The notes beneath the pieces were generated by a model. It was not told the origin of the DNA, ran no database searches, and saw only the letters and a list, made by a program, of their open reading frames with translations. Made by a program: the position numbers and the translations under genes. A stretch of 63,473 nucleotides of DNA, counting the filler, from Pirum gemmata (lineage: Eukaryota), in the NCBI GenBank assembly GCA_002812295.1. It is 18 parts of 18 records of this genome, joined end to end, with 100 filler letters (N's around TTAATTAATTAA, not from the genome) between each part and the next. Parts side by side here need not be neighbours in the genome. Positions count along the whole stretch, not along the records: positions 33,793 to 38,794 come from PDIN01002914.1; positions 38,895 to 42,196 come from PDIN01002915.1; positions 42,297 to 45,605 come from PDIN01002916.1; positions 45,706 to 49,917 come from PDIN01002917.1; positions 50,018 to 53,267 come from PDIN01002918.1; 13 more parts are not named here. One strand, given 5' to 3'. Numbering within the stretch: position 1 is the first letter of the stretch; each line of letters starts with the position of its first letter. This document shows, piece by piece, positions 38,030 to 50,510 of the stretch.

Positions 38030-38716
38030 AATCAAAATTCTCTTGAAATTCAAATAAGCTCTCAATTTCTTTGGTTAATAAAAGTGTTGAATCAATAGAT
38101 TTTGAAGATCTTCTTTTTTCTTGCTACGAATACAATTTTCCGGAATTTGAAAGTCTGACAAGTATTGTTTCAATTTTGATACAGAAGCTTGTAAATTGTA
38201 ATACTCATAGCATGCATGGCCTTTTCTGACAACTCTTTAAGCGCATCTTTACTTCTACAAGAATGTTATACTTCCAAAAGCTGCAACTCCCGCCTACTAT
38301 ACTTAACAGTGTCCGGAGTTTCAATATTATTCACATTAGTATTATTCGTAGTAACGTTATTAATACCCTTGCCCTTTTTCTTCACATTTTTCGCTTCTTT
38401 CAAAGACATAGTCATTTTGTTCCTTTTTCTTTTTATGATTTTAGTGAAGCAACCTGCTATTGCGTTATAACATGACTTAAAAATAGTTTCGAAATTGTGA
38501 ATATGGGAAGCACTGCAATATTGCTTACAATTAATTGCTATAATATTTTTGTCATTATCCCTTGTAAATTTCAAAATTGCACTTTTATGGAAAACATGAA
38601 AAATTCTACGACATATATACTATATATATATCTTTCAAAATTAGTTTTGCCAACTCAACAAAACTTGTTGTATAACCAGTACCATGATTGTAAATCAGCA
38701 AATGACCGATATCCAT
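38030..38716 (-). pseudogene. Decayed coding region with a P-loop-like segment (possible SF3 helicase/Rep fossil)
   Basis: WYWLYNKFC*VGKTNFERYIY, then a frameshift to FHKSAILKFTRDNDKNIIAINCKQY. Several stops and frameshifts downstream. Confidence 0.35.
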
Positions 38717-38742
38717 CTTAATTAACATTTCTTAACGTTAAC

Positions 38743-38775
<33 letters not shown>

Positions 38776-39738
38776 GATATTATTATTATTATTANNNNNN
38801 NNNNNNNNNNNNNNNNNNNNNNNNNNNNNNNNNNNNNNTTAATTAATTAANNNNNNNNNNNNNNNNNNNNNNNNNNNNNNNNNNNNNNNNNNNNCTACTA
38901 TTATTAGTAAGGAACACGGAACTAAGGTTGGCTCGATAAGCATCTGTTCGAAAAAAGTTCCAGTAGATATCTCACCCCTACTCTACCCCTCAACATTAAT
39001 TTCCGGTCATATAATACATAACGCAAATTTCCGGTTAAATACAGACTCAAATACCTCTGCCTAACCACCCCTCGACGTTAATTTCCGGTCATATACCACC
39101 TACCTACCTACCCCTTGACGTGACGTATTATTAGAACGCCCTAGCTGGAAATATGGGAAAACATAATCGAATCAAACAGATCGATCCTAAACCACAACCC
39201 TAACCCTAACCCTAACCCTAACCCTAACCCTAACCCTAACCACAACCCTAACCACAACCCTAATCCTAACCCTAATCCTAACCTTAACCCTAACCTTAAC
39301 CCTGGCTAACTCTAACTTTAACTCTAACCCCTAACCCAACCCTAAGCTTAATCCTAAGCTTAACTTTAATCCTAATCATAACCCTAATCCTGACCCTGTG
39401 ATATTAAAAGTGAAAGTAGCAAAGTAGTTAGTTCGTTGAATATGCTCCAACACCTCCAAATAGTTGGAATCTACAATTGATTATGACAAACAATAGTATA
39501 AAAACTATAGAAGAAACCCCCAAAGCAAAAACGTTTAATAACAACCTCAACAACCTTTGGAATATAGAATAAAATGAATGGGAAAAGATTCAGCCAAAAC
39601 CTGGAGAAAAAATACAAAAAGACTATTAATACCAATTTTTTTAAAGTCACATATTTATAATTCCAAAATAGTGGTAGTCGTAGTAGTAGAAGTTGTAGTA
39701 GTATGGATAGTAGTAGTAGTAGTAGTAGTAGTATCAGA

Positions 39739-39777
<39 letters not shown>

Positions 39778-39784
39778 CAGTAGC

Positions 39785-39849
<65 letters not shown>

Positions 39850-40946
39850 CACATCCTCGCTTTAGTGAAGGTCATAGACTCAAGGAAAATCAAGATATAA
39901 ATAATAAGTGTATAGGTAACTGGCCGCCTAGTGTAGGTCATAGACTCAAAGAAAGTCAAGGTATAAATAATAAGTCTACTTATTTATTTATATAGCAATG
40001 TAATAATAGTAATAACTGTACTTACTATTATTATATAGAAATTGAATGATAAAAGTGTAATGATTGATTGATGCAAGTATGATTGATTGAATAATGAAAA
40101 GGCATAAATAATAAGGGCATTTATTTATATAGCAATATAATAATAATAATAAGTGCACTATAGATATTAAGAGTGTCTATAGTTTTATCAAATGTATGTG
40201 AAGTAAAGTCTATCGTATTCATAATGGAATAGTATAAATAAGAGTAAGAAAATGGAAAAGTTGAAAAAACTCTCTTAATTAATTAAAATTTGTGAATTGT
40301 GAAAAACGCTCTTGAACATTGTAAAATGTGTAAAAGTAAAATTTGTGTTAAAAATTGTAATTTTGATAATGTTGTAGTTTTAGTATGAACGGTAAACCAA
40401 ACAATAAAGTTACTGTTGTAATTTTAATATTATGAGTTGATTATTTGATAAGTATTAATAATTTGAATATAAATAATATTATAAAATCAATTGCCAGCAA
40501 TATTAATATATAAAACTTTAAAATGTTCGCCTTCACCTTTGTGATAGGGTTCAACCCAATACTCTCTGCCTAAATATGTTGTAGGAAAGACATTCTAGCT
40601 CTCAATTGCTTCCTGTAGTGTAGTAATAGATATAGCAGTAGTAGTAGCTATAGTAGTAGTAGTAGTAGTAGAAGTAGTTGTTGTATTAATATTAATAAAA
40701 TTGAGAAAAAATTAAAATTGAGAAAAAATTAATTATTTATTATATCAGTAACATTTTTTATTATGTACAGTATACGTAGTACTTCTTTTATTATAGCAAA
40801 ATTAAATATTAACAAATAATAATTTAACTTCAATTTTAACAAGAGAACGCTAATTTAACTGTATGAGCTCTGCACGATATCGATAATAATTAAAAATATT
40901 ATCACAAATTCTTTAAAAATAATATATAAAATAATTATTAATTATA

Positions 40947-41567
40947 TTAATATTCTTTGTGATAAGTTTCAACCCAATGCTCTCTACCTAAATATTTTAT
41001 AGGGAACACATCCTCGCTTTCATCTCTTTCCGCCGAATCTTCCTTTTCTTTTTTTACTTCTATTTCTCTCCGATAATCTTTGTGATAGGTTTCAACCAAA
41101 GGCTCTCTGCCTAAATATGTTATAGGAAAGACATTCTCGCTCTCAACTGCTTCCTCTGAATTTTTCTCTGACCACATGTTCAACTTGGTTGAAGCATCCG
41201 CAAGTTTCCCTGCGGGATCGTAAAATTCAAGGTAATATTTATGAGTATTACTATTTTGCTTGATCAACGCCTTTAAAATAACAGGAGGAGGGTTAGGTTT
41301 ATTAGGGACAGCAAAATCAACATTAACACTGCAATCATTTTGGTTGATCGAAGAGTGAATGATCCAATTCTGCTCTGGGTCGGTAGATGTTATTGTAAGG
41401 CTTGTACCATCAATACGAATATGTTTGGAGTCCTTGTCATTGGAATCATAAAAGGAACCTGAAAGTGAAGATGGGCATTCTGGAAGTGTTGGGTGGGAAA
41501 GTGCAGTACTAGAAAGAGAAGCAGCAATTGTTGCTAGTGAAACGAGGGTCAATTGGTTGGTAAACAT
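40947..41567 (-). CDS. Secreted 206-aa protein with a globular N-terminal domain and a duplicated C-terminal peptide
   Basis: Signal peptide MFTNQLTLVSLATIAASLSSTALS; two copies of ESE(N/D)VFPI(T/K)YLGRExxVETYHK(D/E)Y. Confidence 0.85.
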   Translation of the reverse strand: MFTNQLTLVSLATIAASLSSTALSHPTLPECPSSLSGSFYDSNDKDSKHIRIDGTSLTITSTDPEQNWIIHSSINQNDCSVNVDFAVPNKPNPPPVILKALIKQNSNTHKYYLEFYDPAGKLADASTKLNMWSEKNSEEAVESENVFPITYLGREPLVETYHKDYRREIEVKKEKEDSAERDESEDVFPIKYLGREHWVETYHKEY

Positions 41568-41905
41568 GATTAGGAATTTTTTTTTTTTAAATATTGTTAG
41601 GATATGGTAGTATTATGCAATTTATTATTTTATTAATTAATTAAATGATATTTTTTTTTTAATCTATTTTATATTTTGTTATTATTATTAATTAATCTAT
41701 TAATTACTTTCACGTGTTGGCTATTAAATTTTTAGCTATGTATTTATTTATTTCAAAGTCAATACTTTTAGTTTTCATAAAAATGTCATTTTGTTGAGTG
41801 TTTAAATACACTTTTTGTTAATATATTATTAGTATTATTGTGTTATTTTAAAATATTATTATTATTATCATATTATTAATTTTTTACTGTTTATATTTTT
41901 TTTAC

Positions 41906-41955
<50 letters not shown>

Positions 41956-43521
41956 CAAAAAAGGATAAAGTGATTACCTAGCTAATAAAGTAATAAAATA
42001 GACTTTTAAAATTTAGAAGTGAATATTTTATTAATGAAAAAATTAAAGTGTGCACACGTGACTGGTTATTACCTTAGACTGTCTTTGAAAAGAGGCAATA
42101 AAAATTACCCTTGTTTGTGGTTCATTTTTACTGCTTCTAATTAACTGATTAGCGCTCGCTACAATATATGCTGATACAAGTATATTAATAATAATANNNN
42201 NNNNNNNNNNNNNNNNNNNNNNNNNNNNNNNNNNNNNNNNTTAATTAATTAANNNNNNNNNNNNNNNNNNNNNNNNNNNNNNNNNNNNNNNNNNNNTAAT
42301 AACAATAACAATAATAACAAAAACAAAAACAATATTATAACAATAACAATAACAATAATAATAACAATAACAATAACAATAACATAGTCTAGAACTAACA
42401 AGATAGCAATAAGTGGGCTATACAATAGCAATAACAATATTTAGTAGCAATAACAATAACAATAACAATTATTAATAATATCAATAAAATGTATTAATAT
42501 TAATACAATAACAATAACAATATTAATAATATTATAACAATACATTATATTAATATTGTTATTGTTCTTAAAACATAAAAATATTCGAGCCGCCTTTTTT
42601 TTTTGCTTTCCGAGAGTTTAGGATTGAAAAGTATTAATATGTTAATAATTTAAACTATTTGTGCTTTCTATTTGAGGTATGGAACACATAATTATCATAG
42701 TGGGCTATAGTTTTATCATACCGTAATTATGAAAATCATAATGACCTCAGATAATGGACTGGACTATTATAAATCTTAGGTTTCTAGTATTATTAGGCTT
42801 TAAATAGGGTTAGATTTAGAAGAGATTAAGCATGCATGTATATGAATATGAGTCGATTTTCGAATATAATTAATTATCGAATAAGCTTTCTTATAATTAA
42901 TTTTAAATTGGGTTTCAACTTTCAGGTCTAGCTAGCAAGGGTTTCAGTTATAATTTTTTGAGTAGAATCTGATATTAATAATAAAATTTTAATGTTGAGA
43001 CCAAATGTTAGTCCTCGAATAATGTTAGTCCAAGTATCAATTTTTTGAATTCGAATATGAATTTTAAGTTTTTAAAATTAATATTACATAATTATGATAA
43101 TATACTATAATTCTAATTAGACACTTTATGCCAAAGTCCAGAATTCGCACATTTATCACTTTTTATCGCATAAATTTAAATTGTCTATATAATATATATA
43201 ATATTATGGAACCAGATGTGGGCCTTTCAGAACTTTTCTGTTTATATTTTAATTAACCAGATTTTCTCAATTGTGGGATGATAATTATATATAATGTATA
43301 ATATTATTAATATAATATAATATTATATAGCTAGTAATAATAACATGTTCAATATTATTCATAACAATAACAATAACGTTAAAACACTATAACAATAACA
43401 ATAACAATAACATAGCATTAATATTTGAATAACACTTTTAAAATAACAATAACAATTACAATAATAATAACAATAGCAATACTGTTAACAATAACAATAA
43501 TAATATATAATTATATTATAC

Positions 43522-43623
43522 AGACATTTTATGCGATAAAAAGTGATAAATGTGCGAATTCTGAGCTTTAGTTCTAAAGTCCATAATTCGCACATTTTGT
43601 CACATTTATCGCATAAAGTGTCT
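43522..43623. mobile_element. ~100-bp near-palindromic hairpin MITE
   Basis: AGACATTTTATGCGATAAAAAGTGATAAATGTGCGAATT...AATTCGCACATTTTGTCACATTTATCGCATAAAGTGTCT. An internally deleted copy lies at ~43118-43187. Confidence 0.75.
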
Positions 43624-45304
43624 ATATATTATAAATTTAATATAACAATAATAACAATAACAATACAACAACAATAATAGCGCGCTAGCAATGATATAGT
43701 TATATAATCCCCCAAAAGACCCACAGATACTTCTCTAGATAATAAAAAGAATAGATAATATCGACCAATAAATGATTCGGATTCAAGTCATTCAACTACT
43801 TGGTTAGAAAAAGCAGCTGATAAATGAATATCATATATAGAATAATATTATATCATATACATATATAAGTAAATATACATATATGATATAATAGTCTATT
43901 AGCCCTAACCCTAACCCTATTAAACCCTAACCCTAACCCTTTTTTAATTAATTAATTTTTTTTAAAAAAAACAGCTCTTACTAGAGCTAGAGCGCTCCTG
44001 CTACTTGCTAGAGAGCCCAAAGTCTAGCTAGCCTACTAGCTAGCTAGTAGTCCTAGATACTTCTAGATAATAAAAAAGAAAGATAATATCGACCAATGAA
44101 GGAGTCGGATTTAACTAATTTGTTAGAAAAAGAAAAAAAAAGTATGATAGTGAAAAAGTACTGTGAAAAAAGTACTGTGAAAAAGTACTGAATAAGTATG
44201 ACACTAGTAGTAGTACTATACCTAGTGAAAAAGTACTGAAAAAGTTCATGTTTGTCAATGTCAAAGTTGGAAATTCAATTTTAGACTGAAATTGGAATGT
44301 AGTATACCGGGTCGGCCTAACCCTAACCCTAACCCTAACCCTAACCCTAACCCTAACACTCCCTAACCCTAACCCTAACCTTAACCCTAACCCTAACCCT
44401 AACCCTAACCCTAACCCCAACCTTAATTAACCCTAACACATATGTGTATGGTTGTGTGTTTTCCGTGTCACACTTTTTTAGATTTTTTTTTTTTTACGAT
44501 GCAATTCTAGTGATTTGTCCTCATTTTGATAGTTTTTTTTTGTTGTTGTTGTTTATTATGATGTTTAATTGCTTGTAATATTGTGTTGTTGCTTATGTAA
44601 ATTTTGAGCTCTGACGATCGAAATTCGATTTCATCTACCAAGTAGTTTTTCAAAATGTTTACATAATATTTATAAATAATATAAATCCTTTTTTTTTTTG
44701 TGCTTATTTTTTAAAATTTGTCTGTGTTTTTGTAAATTGTAAATAGACTAGACTGGGTCTATTATATTCTATAAGTTTCTATCTCTTTCTATAATATATA
44801 TAATATAATCCTATGATAATTAATATACTACATGTTTATGACGCTAGGTTTATGACGAGATCCTGTCTAGAAGTGTCTAGTCTTTGATCTGCAGAGCTAG
44901 CTAGTGCTGACACTGCTGACCACCTTTGATGTTCTTTCTTGGTATTTTTCTTATTTTTTTGTCCGAAGACTCTGGAGTCTGAACAGCACCACTCTACTAG
45001 CTAGCTAGTTAGACTAGTAGCCAGCATGGGGTTTTGTTTGTTTCGTAGCTAGCTAGCTAGCTAGAATGGTCCTCTGGTCTATCATCCTGGACTGGCGGAG
45101 TCTTGGTGGCGTGTGGTGATCCACTGGTGGACCCAGCTGGGTGGACCACTGGTGGTGTTGAAAAAACTTGGAAAAGCTCAAGTGGTTTTAGTCCAAGTCT
45201 CCAAGACTCCAAGTGGAAAAGCTTGTCAATTTTTACTGAAGAAGCGCCAATATTTTAATTTTTTAATTTTTTAAAAAAGGATTATTTGTTTTATTATATT
45301 ATTA

Positions 45305-45350
<46 letters not shown>

Positions 45351-46209
45351 AATTATTATAAAACTCGATTTCTGCTGAGCAGAATTTCAGGTCTGTTCGA
45401 AATTAATGTTTTCGAGTTTATTAATAAATACATAGATTCGAACATTTCGTGCTTATATTTTTATAGTGGTAGAATCAATCTCCCTTTTTTTTTTTCAAAA
45501 AATTAATTTTAGGGTTGGAGAGGAAAAACACCATTCTGCTATTTCTCGAAAAAGGCCAAATTCTGCCCGGGCAGAATTCGGAGAAGTCTAATTGTTTAGG
45601 CTATANNNNNNNNNNNNNNNNNNNNNNNNNNNNNNNNNNNNNNNNNNNNTTAATTAATTAANNNNNNNNNNNNNNNNNNNNNNNNNNNNNNNNNNNNNNN
45701 NNNNNACTTTACTTAGTGTTATGTACAAATTATTGAGTTGTTTAATTGACAAGCGGTTAACCAAATTCCTGGATACTAACAAAATTATTAATAATGAACA
45801 AGGGGGATTTAGTAGTGGTAAAGTGTTTGTTTTTTAATTAAGTAAATAAGATTATTGAGAACAATTTAGCTAATGATGTCCCGATTTAGAAGTTTAGAAG
45901 TTGTTTGACCAATTATTTTTTTTATTTTCGTTTTGTATTTTTTTTTTGGTTGGATTTTTATCCAATTATTTTTTTTATTTCCATTTTTTTTTTTTGGTTT
46001 GGTTTTTTTATCCAATTTATTTTTTTATTTCCATTTTTCTCATGAAGGTGTTTATTGGTTTAAAAAAATTGGTTAGCGTTAGTTTCCCCTAATAGTTAGT
46101 TTCCCTCAATATACCGTAGTGTATATTTACAAAAATGGCAATCTCTAGCCATCTACTTTTGTCAGCGCCGGACTCAGCGCGCGGAGTCAGCGGTCAGCAT
46201 TCTCATGAC

Positions 46210-46648
46210 TCAGCAACCAATATAATTACAAATTCACTCCAGTTGAGAAACAGAAAGAGAAGGCTAAAGAAAAATCAAACAAATTCTTAGCGCATTAGAA
46301 AGTTGTCCCACCGCTGTCAGCAACCCATATAATTCCAAATTCACTCCAGTTGAGAAACAGAAAGAGAAGGCATTAGAAAGTTGTCCAACCGCTGTCAGCA
46401 ACCCATATAATTCCAAATTCACTCCAGTTGAGAAACAGAAAGAGAAGGCTAAAGAAAAATCAAACAAATTCTTAGTTTTTCATTCAGGAAAGATTATAAT
46501 GTCTGGTTATTATATGTTTTAGAAAACATACAAGTCGAGTGTCATAGATTCGAATTATTCTAACGAAATTATCACTTGTCCCGCATTAGAAAGTTGACCA
46601 ACCGATAGGTTTAAAGGAACAACGTTTACCGATTGGAATTATTCTAAC

Positions 46649-46694
<46 letters not shown>

Positions 46695-47288
46695 TTAATA
46701 ATAATAATAATTTATAAAAAAAAATACAAAATGTCCAAAAAAACATGCAAAAATATTATTAATTAAAATGATAAATTTTTTAATTACAGTATTATTTTGT
46801 GTGTCTGTTATTTTACTTATTATTATATATATTGTTTGTTTCAAACCATTTTCAGTCAGCTGATCTCTACGCTTCATGCATATTAATGAATCTTTTGCAG
46901 GTTTTAAAAATACAACAGCATCACTGAAAAAAACAGGATTTAAAATTAAATAAATAATAAGTGCACAAATCACAGCGACAATAGTATTGTTGTCAGTTGT
47001 ATCGCAATTTTCATTTTTAGTTTTATTGTTGTAAAAGTAATTATTATTATTAATAGTATTATTTTTATTATTCTTATATTTATTATTCTTATTCTTATTC
47101 TTATTGTGATTGTTATTCTTATTGTTATTGCTTTCTGGTAGTTTATTTTTTTCGTCACTAACTATTTGTGATAGTAAATCATAACCTTCATCCACAATAC
47201 GCAAAAAATTATCAATTATGGGTTTCAATAACCCAAGGTAGACGTCGGTCTCTGGATTAACTTGTTTTCTTTTAAAGGGATTTTTCAT
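46210..47288 (-). pseudogene. Orphan ORF (46695-47288) with degenerate, tandemly duplicated downstream coding-like sequence
   Basis: 197-aa ORF with an N-rich insert. Downstream frames contain DNFVRII (cf. DNFLRIV) with several stops, and three copies of a ~80-110-bp unit at 46210-46473. Confidence 0.4.
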
Positions 47289-48192
47289 ATTATTATTTTG
47301 GTTTTGTCAAAAGTAAAAAAATATATTCAATTTTTATTATGCATATAAAAATAATATAATAATGATAATGATAATAACTAATGTTATTGCTATTATTTTT
47401 ACTACTTTATGAGATTGTTATTTTTACTAATAATGATATAATAATAATAGTATTATATAGTAATAATAATAGTAATAGTAATAATAATAGGAACAGTACT
47501 AGCTAGGGCTGGGTTATTAGGGTTAGGGTTAGGGGGTAATATCAGTAGAAAATTAATAGTAATAATATCGATAATAATAATAATAATAATAATAAACGTA
47601 ATAAATGTAATAATAATAGTAATAATAATAGTAGCAATAATATATAATAGACTAATATTGTGTTTTTCGAAAGTGTTGTTCGGTTCAAAAACTGAATTAA
47701 AAGCTTACCAAAATATAATTAATTGGTCATGTTTTAATTAATTTGATATTTTATATAGTAATTTTATATTTATAAAAAAGCTCAATTATACAATTTAACG
47801 GTACCAAATTAAAGATAGAAAGGACAACTGTCGGTAGATAATACTGAGCTACATACTGAGCTACATAATAATAATATTATATAGTCTATAGTCTAATATT
47901 AAATAATTTTTATATTACAACACAGAGAGCCAAATTATTACAATATAAACCCATTTAATTTATTTGGTAGGTTTTATTATATATTTATTGATTTTAGAAA
48001 GATAATTTCAAAGATTATAAAATGCCAAATAAGTAATCACAGTGGCTAAACAAACGAAAAGCAGAAGTTACCCTTTAATTAATTAAAAGAAATTTGCTAT
48101 CTACGTCATTTAATGTTATGACGTCATAAAGCTAATTTTAATTATAAAAATATGACGCAAAAATTTTTAAATGTTTTAGTTCCATATAGTAG

Positions 48193-48428
48193 TAGGAGGG
48201 ATGACATCCCCTTTGGCAGAAATTTGGAGATAGGTTACAAAAGGAATTGAGACGGCAAAATATTATTACTTAAAATAGATATTCATATCCTTAAAATAGT
48301 AGTTTACTATATTAAGTATTACTATTAATAGTTATAAGTTAACTTTTTATAGTAATTTAAGTCAAATTTTCAATTTTTGCCGTACCCTAGGTTGGTATTA
48401 GTATTATGACGTCATGTCATCCCTCCTA
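48193..48428. mobile_element. MITE (family D)
   Basis: TIRs TAGGAGGGATGACAT / ATGTCATCCCCTCCTA. Confidence 0.65.
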
Positions 48429-49674
48429 TAGTAGTCATTATCGAGTATATATCATAATAATACTGTCGTAGTATACCATAGTGTCTACTACCAAATTAAT
48501 AAAATATAAATCCATTTTATTTAATTTGGTATGTTTTATAATCTATTTATTAATTTAAAAATATCAATTTGAATATTATAACCCACCAAATAAATATTCA
48601 GAGTGACAAAATAAATACGTCATCCGCGCTAGCTAGAGTCTACTGGCTAGCTAGTCTACCGGCTAGAGTCTACCGGTAGTCTAGCCGGTAGTCTATATTA
48701 TGTCACACCGAATATTTATTTGGCTATTTATAATATTTAAATTGATACTTTTAAATAAATAAATATATAATAAAATATACCAAATTAAATGAAATGGGTT
48801 TATATTGTATTAATTTGGTGCTATTTATTGTATGTTTTATAAGCACGATAAAAAGTGCAAAATTTCTAGACTAGCTAGACTAGCTAGCTAGAGACCCCTA
48901 CTCTAGCTAGCTACTAGCTAGCTACTAGAGCTAGTCTTTTTATGATAAATCCCGCCGGAACCATGTATGGTAAAACATGTTACAAGTTTCTTTTTTTGGT
49001 TATAATGATTACATAAATAGGTATATAATTATAAATATATATTTTTTGGAAATTCTGTCTTCTTATGGTAATATATGGGTTCTTTGATGAGGGCTAGCTA
49101 GTAGTATCAGCTATGGTAAAAATAACTAAAAANCAACACCTATGCAAATACTAACACTAACACTAATACTAATACTAATACTTAATATCTATAAAAATAT
49201 ACTAACACTAACACTAACACGAACACTAACACTAACACTAATACTAACACTAATACTAATACTAACACTAATACTAATACTAATACTAATACTAATACTA
49301 ATACTAATACTAAATTTTGTCTGTAAATTTTGTACCACTGCGAGGTTCTTATGCTTTTATATAGCAACTTTGTAGGCTACTCTAGGTCTACTTTTTATTT
49401 TATTTTCTCACTTAGATTATTTATTTGGTAGTTTTAAGTTTATAAACGTGACTATTTTAAATTGAAATATAAATAATAAAATACGCCAAATTAATTAAAT
49501 TGTATCAAATAAATTTGGATATAGTATTAAATTGGTATTAATTACTGCTAAAAATGTTATCATAGACTACCAGTAGCCAGTAGACCGAGGGCTAGCTAGC
49601 TAGCTAGAGAGTAGAGATTCTCTCCAGTCCGAATTCTGCATCTTTTTCGAGAAATGGCGGAATGGTGTTTTTCC

Positions 49675-49904
49675 AGTAGGGGTGAGATGACGTCATTTTA
49701 TTATTACCGAACAGCTGTCGGAACTTTTCCGATTTTTATGGTTTATTACTATTAATGTAAATATTATTACTTTAAATAGTACCTAGTATAATTTGATTTA
49801 CTATTTTAAGCTATTTATATGCTATTATTAGTAAGAAACACGGAACTAAGGTTGGCTCGAGAAGCATCTGTTCGAAAAAAGTTCCAGTAGATATCTCACC
49901 CCTA
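49675..49904 (+). mobile_element. MITE (family C, ~230 bp)
   Basis: TIRs TAGGGGTGAGAT / ATCTCACCCCTA. Copies at ~11290-11520, 11826-11910, 11930-12115, 17523-17860 (reverse), 38895-38982. Confidence 0.85.
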
Positions 49905-50017
49905 ACTCGATCATAAANNNNNNNNNNNNNNNNNNNNNNNNNNNNNNNNNNNNNNNNNNNNTTAATTAATTAANNNNNNNNNNNNNNNNNNNNNNNNNNN
50001 NNNNNNNNNNNNNNNNN

Positions 50018-50049
<32 letters not shown>

Positions 50050-50168
50050 AAGAAATAAGTAAATAAATATATAGTATAGTAGATATATACATTATTATAA
50101 AATATTATTATATATATAATTATATTAGAATAAAAACAAAAAAAAGCAAACAATAATATTAATATAAC

Positions 50169-50510
50169 ATGAATTTTGTTACAATAACGGTTGCTGCCAT
50201 ATTCAGCTTTTGTATAGTTAATGTTCCTAACGTCCAAGCAAATTCTGACGTGAGTGCTTTTCATTTTGGGAATACAGATTCAAAAAGCAACAATTGTTAT
50301 AGCAGCAGAGACTGTACTAGTGCAAGACGAGCTCACTGTATAAACGGCACATGTAAAAGTAGTAGGTATAGTTCTACCTATCAACCTAATTCAAGCAGAA
50401 GAGATAAGTGTACTTGTAAATATGGTTGTGATTATAATAATAGATGTAAAAGTAAATACCAATATCGAGCAAGTACTAGAAGTCAAGATGGATATTATAG
50501 AAGATATTAG
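50169..50510 (+). CDS. Small secreted cysteine-rich cationic protein, 113 aa
   Basis: Signal peptide; mature part has 8 Cys in two modules (CYSSRDCTSARRAHCINGTC; CTCKYGCDYNNRC) and is Arg/Tyr/Ser-rich. Confidence 0.85.
   Translation: MNFVTITVAAIFSFCIVNVPNVQANSDVSAFHFGNTDSKSNNCYSSRDCTSARRAHCINGTCKSSRYSSTYQPNSSRRDKCTCKYGCDYNNRCKSKYQYRASTRSQDGYYRRY

Noticed and set aside
38030..38716. Stop-codon reassignment suggested by in-frame TAA/TAG/TGA in coding-like regions
   Set aside because: Good genes end in TAA (RPL6), TGA (CCDC115) and TAG (50510), and the interrupted regions also have frameshifts, so they are pseudogenes.
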